Below are positions 58,835-64,000 of a stretch of 64,000 bases of DNA, piece by piece. The notes under the pieces are model-generated. The model was not told where the DNA came from, did no database searches, and saw nothing but the letters and a program-made list of their open reading frames with translations. The DNA is from a virus. The position numbers and the translations under genes were made by a program. The DNA is taken from positions 64,001 to 128,000 of IMG/VR virus record IMGVR_UViG_3300034111_001103, one strand, 5' to 3'. Numbering within the stretch: position 1 is the stretch's first letter; the number at the start of each line of letters is the position of its first letter.

Positions 58835-60082
58835 ATGGATAAAATTTGTGGAATTTATAAAATAACTAGTCCTTCTAATAGAGTATATATTGGACAATCT
58901 AGAAATTACAATAAAAGAATAAATGGATATAAAAAATATAATTGTAAGGGACAACCAAAATTATATAATTCTTTAAAAAAATATGGTTTTAAAAATCATA
59001 TAGTTGAATTAGTTCATGAATTAACTTTAGATATTGATCAAAAAGATTTAAATTATTGGGAACTTTTTTATTATAATAAATATAAAAATGAAGGTTTTCA
59101 TTTATTAAATTTAAGAGAATGTGGTGCTAATGGTAAATTTTCAGAAGAATCTCGATTAAAAATGAGCATTTCTGGTAAAAATAAAATAATAACAGAAGAA
59201 CATAAAAGAAATATGGGGTTAGCTCAAAAAGGCAGAAAACATACTGAAGAAACTAAAAAGAAAATGAGTGCCTGGCAAAAAGGAACTATTTTAGGTACAG
59301 GTAAACCTATTTTAAAACTTGATTTAAATATGAATTTAATAAAAGAATATGCTTCTGTAACTCATGCTCAAAGAGAAGAAAATATACCAAAACAAAATAT
59401 AACAGAATGTTGTAAGAAAAATTTACAAAAATTAAAAACAAAAATTAGAAATAAAACAAATAAATTTACATGTAGAGGGTTTATTTGGGAATATAAAAAC
59501 AAAGATAATATGAAAGAAATAAGTGAAACAGGTTATTGGAATGGAGAAACAGCTCATATTCATCATGTACATTGTAAAGAACTAAGTAAATGGATATGTG
59601 AGTTTTTAGAAGAAAATGTAGGTCTAGATTGTCCTATAAGAGATCTGGCATGTGGATTGGGGAATTATCTTAGAGATTTAGATAATGAAGGTTTTATAAA
59701 TTTAGCAGGATTTGAAGCTGATCTTCCAAAACATAAAGTATTTGATAATATTTTACAACAAGATTTAACTATACCTTTTACTATATCTCCTAAAGGAGTA
59801 GTTATAAGTCTTGAATGTGGAGAACATATTAATCAAATATATATGGATAAATATATAGACAATATATGTAATAATTGTAATAATTATCTTATTATGTCTT
59901 GGGCTATAAGAGGGCAAGAAGGATTTGGTCATGTTAATTGTCTTGACAATCATGAAGTTATACCATTAATAGAAGAAAAGGGTTTTAAATTAATGGAAAA
60001 AGAAACAGAGGAAGTTAGAAATATAGATCTTTCAGAAGCTCCTTGGTTTAAGAATACATTATTAATATTTAAAAAAGTATAG
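58835..60082 (+). CDS. GIY-YIG homing endonuclease in frame with a SAM methyltransferase (internal start at 59510)
   Basis: GIYKIT..YIGQS, NUMOD3/NUMOD1 repeats; then DLACGLGNY, SLECGEHI, GQEGFGHVNC. Confidence 0.85.
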   Translation: MDKICGIYKITSPSNRVYIGQSRNYNKRINGYKKYNCKGQPKLYNSLKKYGFKNHIVELVHELTLDIDQKDLNYWELFYYNKYKNEGFHLLNLRECGANGKFSEESRLKMSISGKNKIITEEHKRNMGLAQKGRKHTEETKKKMSAWQKGTILGTGKPILKLDLNMNLIKEYASVTHAQREENIPKQNITECCKKNLQKLKTKIRNKTNKFTCRGFIWEYKNKDNMKEISETGYWNGETAHIHHVHCKELSKWICEFLEENVGLDCPIRDLACGLGNYLRDLDNEGFINLAGFEADLPKHKVFDNILQQDLTIPFTISPKGVVISLECGEHINQIYMDKYIDNICNNCNNYLIMSWAIRGQEGFGHVNCLDNHEVIPLIEEKGFKLMEKETEEVRNIDLSEAPWFKNTLLIFKKV

Positions 60083-60084
60083 AT

Positions 60085-60297
60085 ATGAAAGAAAATATAG
60101 TTTTAAAAATAACATTTAAAGAAGATTTATTAAAACAAAATGATTATGAAATAATGTACACTAAGGGTAATATTGATAAACTTAAATTACCTAAACTTGA
60201 TAAAACAATGGTATATTATTTAAAAGATATGTCAGAATTTCCTGAAGTTATAGGTTATTTTAACTTAGATGAAATAGAAAGTATTCAATTTAAATAA
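60085..60297 (+). CDS. hypothetical protein
   Basis: Last plus-strand ORF. Confidence 0.6.
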   Translation: MKENIVLKITFKEDLLKQNDYEIMYTKGNIDKLKLPKLDKTMVYYLKDMSEFPEVIGYFNLDEIESIQFK

Positions 60298-60308
60298 TAC
60301 AAAAAAAC

Positions 60309-60344
60309 AAAAGACCTACTAAATTAATAGTAGGTCTTTTTTTT
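60309..60344. terminator. bidirectional terminator between convergent blocks
   Basis: AAAAGACCTACTA...TAGTAGGTCTTTT with A- and T-runs on either side. Confidence 0.8.
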
Positions 60345-60397
60345 CATTAACATTAAAATTACAGCAAAACATGAAAAGTATTAAAACAAAAAAGTTA

Positions 60398-60694
60398 TTA
60401 TTTCTGAATATTATTTCTAGTGAAGAATTCTTCTTTTAGGGTTTTATCTTCGTTAAGATCTGAAGCAGTATAGAGTAATAGATTTTTCTCTTCTATATTT
60501 CTATCTTTTATAGCATTTATGATAGCTACTGGTTCTTCAAATATTTGAAGAAAGTGTTGTAAAGCCATAAATTCTCTAGGTTGTAATGTGATTAGTTTAT
60601 CTGTAGTTACATATCCTATTGGAGCTTCATTTAAGATTTGTGGTATATCTTGTATGTCATTTGTTAAAATATCAGGATTATCTGTTGGTGTCAT
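60398..60694 (-). CDS. hypothetical protein
   Basis: ORF with upstream TTTG-N20-TACTTTTA (60757-60726). Confidence 0.7.
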   Translation of the reverse strand: MTPTDNPDILTNDIQDIPQILNEAPIGYVTTDKLITLQPREFMALQHFLQIFEEPVAIINAIKDRNIEEKNLLLYTASDLNEDKTLKEEFFTRNNIQK

Positions 60695-60763
60695 ATATTT
60701 TTTGTTTTAATTGTTTAATAATTTGTAAAAGTAATAATAAAAATTGATATAACCAAATTTATT

Positions 60764-63700
60764 TTATTGTATTTTTGGTCTACGAGCATCTAATAGTTTT
60801 CTATAACTAGGAGATATTTGTTTTACTATTTTATTTATACCTTTTGCTGGAGTAGCATTTAATTGTTTATCTATAACTCTATTTGTTTTTAAAGCTTCAT
60901 CATCTCCTGTTAAAGTAAAATATGTTTCTTTTAGAGGAGCATATATATAAGAATCTATTAAATTCCAGGCAGTTCCTATGGTTGGAATAGGTCCTTGTAA
61001 AAGCATTATTTTTAATTGTTCAGGGTTAAACACAAAAGATTGCTCTCTAAGGGATCTTGTAAGAACTACTATTACTATATCTAAAGTAGTACGATAGGTA
61101 TCTTTTTCTTTGTTATCATCATCATCTCCTCCTACTATAAAAGGTAATATAAATTTAGCTAGTAAAAATAGAGTTAAAAGAGACTTTGCTTCTTTTAAAG
61201 AATTTTCATATTGTCTAACATAAAATCTAATAAATTCAGCTTCAGTTACTTTAAGATTTTTAGATGTTTTTTTGAAAAACTCTACTTGCATTACTTTATA
61301 TCTTTCTTTAGCTATATCTTCTAAGGTTATAGTATTGTTTTTATTGACACTTTTTCTAACTATTTCTGGTAATACGGAACTCATATTATGAAATACTAGG
61401 AAAGGTATATGTTTTCCATAACTAGCAAATAATAAATCAAGGGATAATCTCATTCTACCCCATTCTAATAAATTAGTGTTTTTGTTAACATTAAAAGGTT
61501 CTAACCTTGTAGCTATAGTCTCTCCTAACCATTTTTTATGTTGAGTTACAAACTTAGCCCACCATTTAGTCATAAAAGTATTAATATCTTGTTCACTGTA
61601 GTTACCTAGAGTTTTAGCTATAGTATCTTCTATGATGGAAGTTAGGAGGATATTATTTTTAGCATCTAAATTTAAAGAGTTAGTACTCACTAAATTATAA
61701 AGACTATTTGTTTTTTTATACTCTTTTATTTCTTTATCTATCTTTTTAGCTAATTTAATTCTTTCTTCTTTAGGTAAATTATACCTATCTGGGTATTTAT
61801 TGTTTATAAAATCTTCTACAGAGATAATATTATTATTTTCATCTACAGTAGTACCATAGTATATACTAGCTATAATTTTACTTTGTATAATATGATCTCC
61901 AGCAGAATAAAGGAATAAAGAAGCTTTTGTTACATTTATATATCTTTTTTCAGTAGTTTTATACTTATTAGTGGTATATACTTGATCAGACATTTCTACA
62001 AAAGGATTAAACATTTTATTCAGTTTTGTAAAGTTTTTTACATTTACAGCTGTGTTTTTATCTTTTATAGCAGGTAATATGCTATTTTGAAAATCACTAC
62101 TATTATAATAAGTATTATTTGTTAAGGTAGAGTTAGTTAAACCTGCCACTAAATTGGTTAGAGGAGCTGTGTAAGTAAAACCTAAGTTAACTTGAGTAGT
62201 TAAACTATACAACCAATTAACAATATTTATTAATGCCCCTTTAGGAGCTAATTTATCATTATATAAATAATAATCAATATGTCTATTTAAGTCTCTAAGA
62301 GTACCTTTATCTCCTTCAGTTATACCTAATTTTTTATTATCATCATAATAAGGCATACCACTATCATCTAAAGGTAAAGTAATATTTCCTTTAGAATTAT
62401 CTGTGTTTATCTCTTTTGTTTTGTTGTTTTCTACTATAGAAAGTAATTGAAATCTAGATTCATATTCTTTTAGTATTTTATACTCAATTACATGATGACC
62501 AAATACTGAGAATATATAAAATAAATCTTTGGAAAGACTCATATCATATAATACTTTTTCTTTGTTATATCTTTCTTGATATGCTTCTGGAGATTCTAAA
62601 GGTTTTCTCTTAAGGAAAAAAGTATTGTTATATTTACTTCTAATTTTCTTTTTATCTTTGTTAGTAAAAGGATCTGATATATTTTGAGAAGAATAAGTAT
62701 TAGTTAAAAATCTATCATAAAAAGCATAGAATTTACTTAAAATATAGTTTTTAAATAAACCAGCTTTTAGGTAAGTAAATATTTTAAAAGAATCATTTTT
62801 AACTTCTGGAAGATTGTTTAAAGATTCTATCATACCTGAATCTTTAGCATCTGTTAAAATATCTTGTAATTGATTGTAAAAATCAAAAACTTCTTTATTT
62901 TCAGGTTTTAATAATTCTCTATATTCATCACTTATCCATTTATCTTCATTAATTGTTTGAAATAATAATTCATTTTTATTAAAACCAGATGTTTGTAATG
63001 CTTTTGGATTAGTAAAAATATTATGTCTATATTCCCATTCTTCTAGTTTTTTTGCTTGTATATCTGCATTTTCAAAAGGATCTGCATCAAAAATATAATT
63101 ATCTACTACTTCTTTATAAGCTTTGTAAGCTTCTTCATAAAGTTGAACATATTTTTTAATATCATAATTTTCTTTGATAAAGGGAGTTATATAAGCTCTA
63201 TATTCTTTTGAAATTTGAGTTATTCTTTCTTTAGAACTTAATTGAATAGATACACCTTTAATAATATCTCTATGTTTTTTAATAGCTTCTTCTTTCTTAT
63301 CAAAAAGAGTTTGAAAATATTCTTTTTTATATTTATAGATTAGTCTTCTATTTACTTTATCATATACTTTAGAATAAACACCTTCTAAGTTAGTTTTATT
63401 GGTTTTTACCCAAGATTGTAAACCAACCATTAATTTTTCCATTTTACTATCAAAAGATTGTACTTCTTGCTCTTTTAAATAGTTAATCATTTTTTGTAAT
63501 CTAGTAAACATTTGTAAAGATAATTCTGGTCTAGAATATAAACTATAAGAATTAATCATTGTAGAAGATTTTACATCTATATCAGAAACATTATCATCCA
63601 TTCCTAATATTGTACCTACTTGATTCATAGTTTTAGTAACAGCTACTGTTAATTTTTCTTCACTTATAGTAATTTTAGCTTTTACACTATTTATACTTTT

Positions 63701-64000
63701 AACCAATTCAGGAGACATATCTTTATGAATAGTTTCTAATTCTCCTAATGTAGGAAAAACTTTTAAGAAAGAACTTAAGAAATTATGATTTTCATACATT
63801 TTATCAAAATATAACCTAAGTTCTTGTTGTTGTTCTGGAATTAAATCTGATAAATTTTTATTATCTTTTAAGAAAGAAAAAGTTTTTTTAGATAATTCAT
63901 TTATATTAAATAATTCATCTTCAAATACAGTTATTAGTAGATTAGTAGTTTTTTTACTTCTTAATTCTTGTATTGTTTTATCAGTTCTTTGAATTTGATC
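60764..64000 (-). CDS. 3' part of a giant protein, probably virion-associated/ejected
   Basis: Frame stays open from 63799 to the window edge; helical, hydrophobic stretch before GDDDD near the C-terminus, as in large crAss-like internal virion proteins. Confidence 0.7.
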   Translation of the reverse strand, partial: DQIQRTDKTIQELRSKKTTNLLITVFEDELFNINELSKKTFSFLKDNKNLSDLIPEQQQELRLYFDKMYENHNFLSSFLKVFPTLGELETIHKDMSPELVKSINSVKAKITISEEKLTVAVTKTMNQVGTILGMDDNVSDIDVKSSTMINSYSLYSRPELSLQMFTRLQKMINYLKEQEVQSFDSKMEKLMVGLQSWVKTNKTNLEGVYSKVYDKVNRRLIYKYKKEYFQTLFDKKEEAIKKHRDIIKGVSIQLSSKERITQISKEYRAYITPFIKENYDIKKYVQLYEEAYKAYKEVVDNYIFDADPFENADIQAKKLEEWEYRHNIFTNPKALQTSGFNKNELLFQTINEDKWISDEYRELLKPENKEVFDFYNQLQDILTDAKDSGMIESLNNLPEVKNDSFKIFTYLKAGLFKNYILSKFYAFYDRFLTNTYSSQNISDPFTNKDKKKIRSKYNNTFFLKRKPLESPEAYQERYNKEKVLYDMSLSKDLFYIFSVFGHHVIEYKILKEYESRFQLLSIVENNKTKEINTDNSKGNITLPLDDSGMPYYDDNKKLGITEGDKGTLRDLNRHIDYYLYNDKLAPKGALINIVNWLYSLTTQVNLGFTYTAPLTNLVAGLTNSTLTNNTYYNSSDFQNSILPAIKDKNTAVNVKNFTKLNKMFNPFVEMSDQVYTTNKYKTTEKRYINVTKASLFLYSAGDHIIQSKIIASIYYGTTVDENNNIISVEDFINNKYPDRYNLPKEERIKLAKKIDKEIKEYKKTNSLYNLVSTNSLNLDAKNNILLTSIIEDTIAKTLGNYSEQDINTFMTKWWAKFVTQHKKWLGETIATRLEPFNVNKNTNLLEWGRMRLSLDLLFASYGKHIPFLVFHNMSSVLPEIVRKSVNKNNTITLEDIAKERYKVMQVEFFKKTSKNLKVTEAEFIRFYVRQYENSLKEAKSLLTLFLLAKFILPFIVGGDDDDNKEKDTYRTTLDIVIVVLTRSLREQSFVFNPEQLKIMLLQGPIPTIGTAWNLIDSYIYAPLKETYFTLTGDDEALKTNRVIDKQLNATPAKGINKIVKQISPSYRKLLDARRPKIQ

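Noticed and set aside
2270-59953. Short minus-strand ORFs inside plus-strand genes (2270, 2340, 4771, 8460, 11646, 12990, 17962, 18247, 18661, 24938, 27960, 34111, 34706, 39280, 50044, 50608, 58742, 59765)
   Set aside because: Antisense shadows with F/I/S/L-biased composition and no motifs
1-64000. Stop-codon reassignment (TAG to Gln) as in some crAss-like phages
   Set aside because: Long genes are intact in the standard code, TAG ends conserved genes at their natural C-termini (polA, dut), and the tRNA-Gln anticodon is TTG, not CTA

Overview
A very AT-rich 64 kb segment of a lytic dsDNA phage with crAss-like / Flavobacterium-phage gene content. TTTG-N20-TAnnTTTG promoters and A-rich start contexts lacking Shine-Dalgarno sites point to a Bacteroidota host. 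Layout: a short minus-strand block with tRNA-Gln (1-1.9 kb); a divergent plus-strand early/middle region (2.1-60.3 kb); and the 3' part of a giant minus-strand gene. The plus-strand region holds stem-enclosed non-coding domains, a tmRNA, many small ORFs, replication genes (primase, Pol A, DnaB, RecA, 5'-3' exonuclease, SF2 helicase), nucleotide metabolism (dUTPase, class II RNR) and a glycosyl/methyltransferase cluster. Most notable is a diversity-generating retroelement in which one RT sits between two divergent target-gene/template pairs. Both pairs show adenine-specific mutagenesis, a one-codon insertion and a covarying template-RNA scaffold, and there is no avd gene. Also notable: (1) a tmRNA split in its T-loop by a group I intron carrying an antisense endonuclease with its own promoter; (2) a second group I intron splitting the MIDAS motif of a MoxR-partner VWA/peptidase gene; (3) an Hsp90-like/MoxR/VWA locus surrounded by eight proteins sharing an S-x-D-x-E-x3-L motif; (4) tandem ORFs chained by an IELW C-terminal motif that contains the next start codon. 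All assignments are by eye from motifs; no database search was run.
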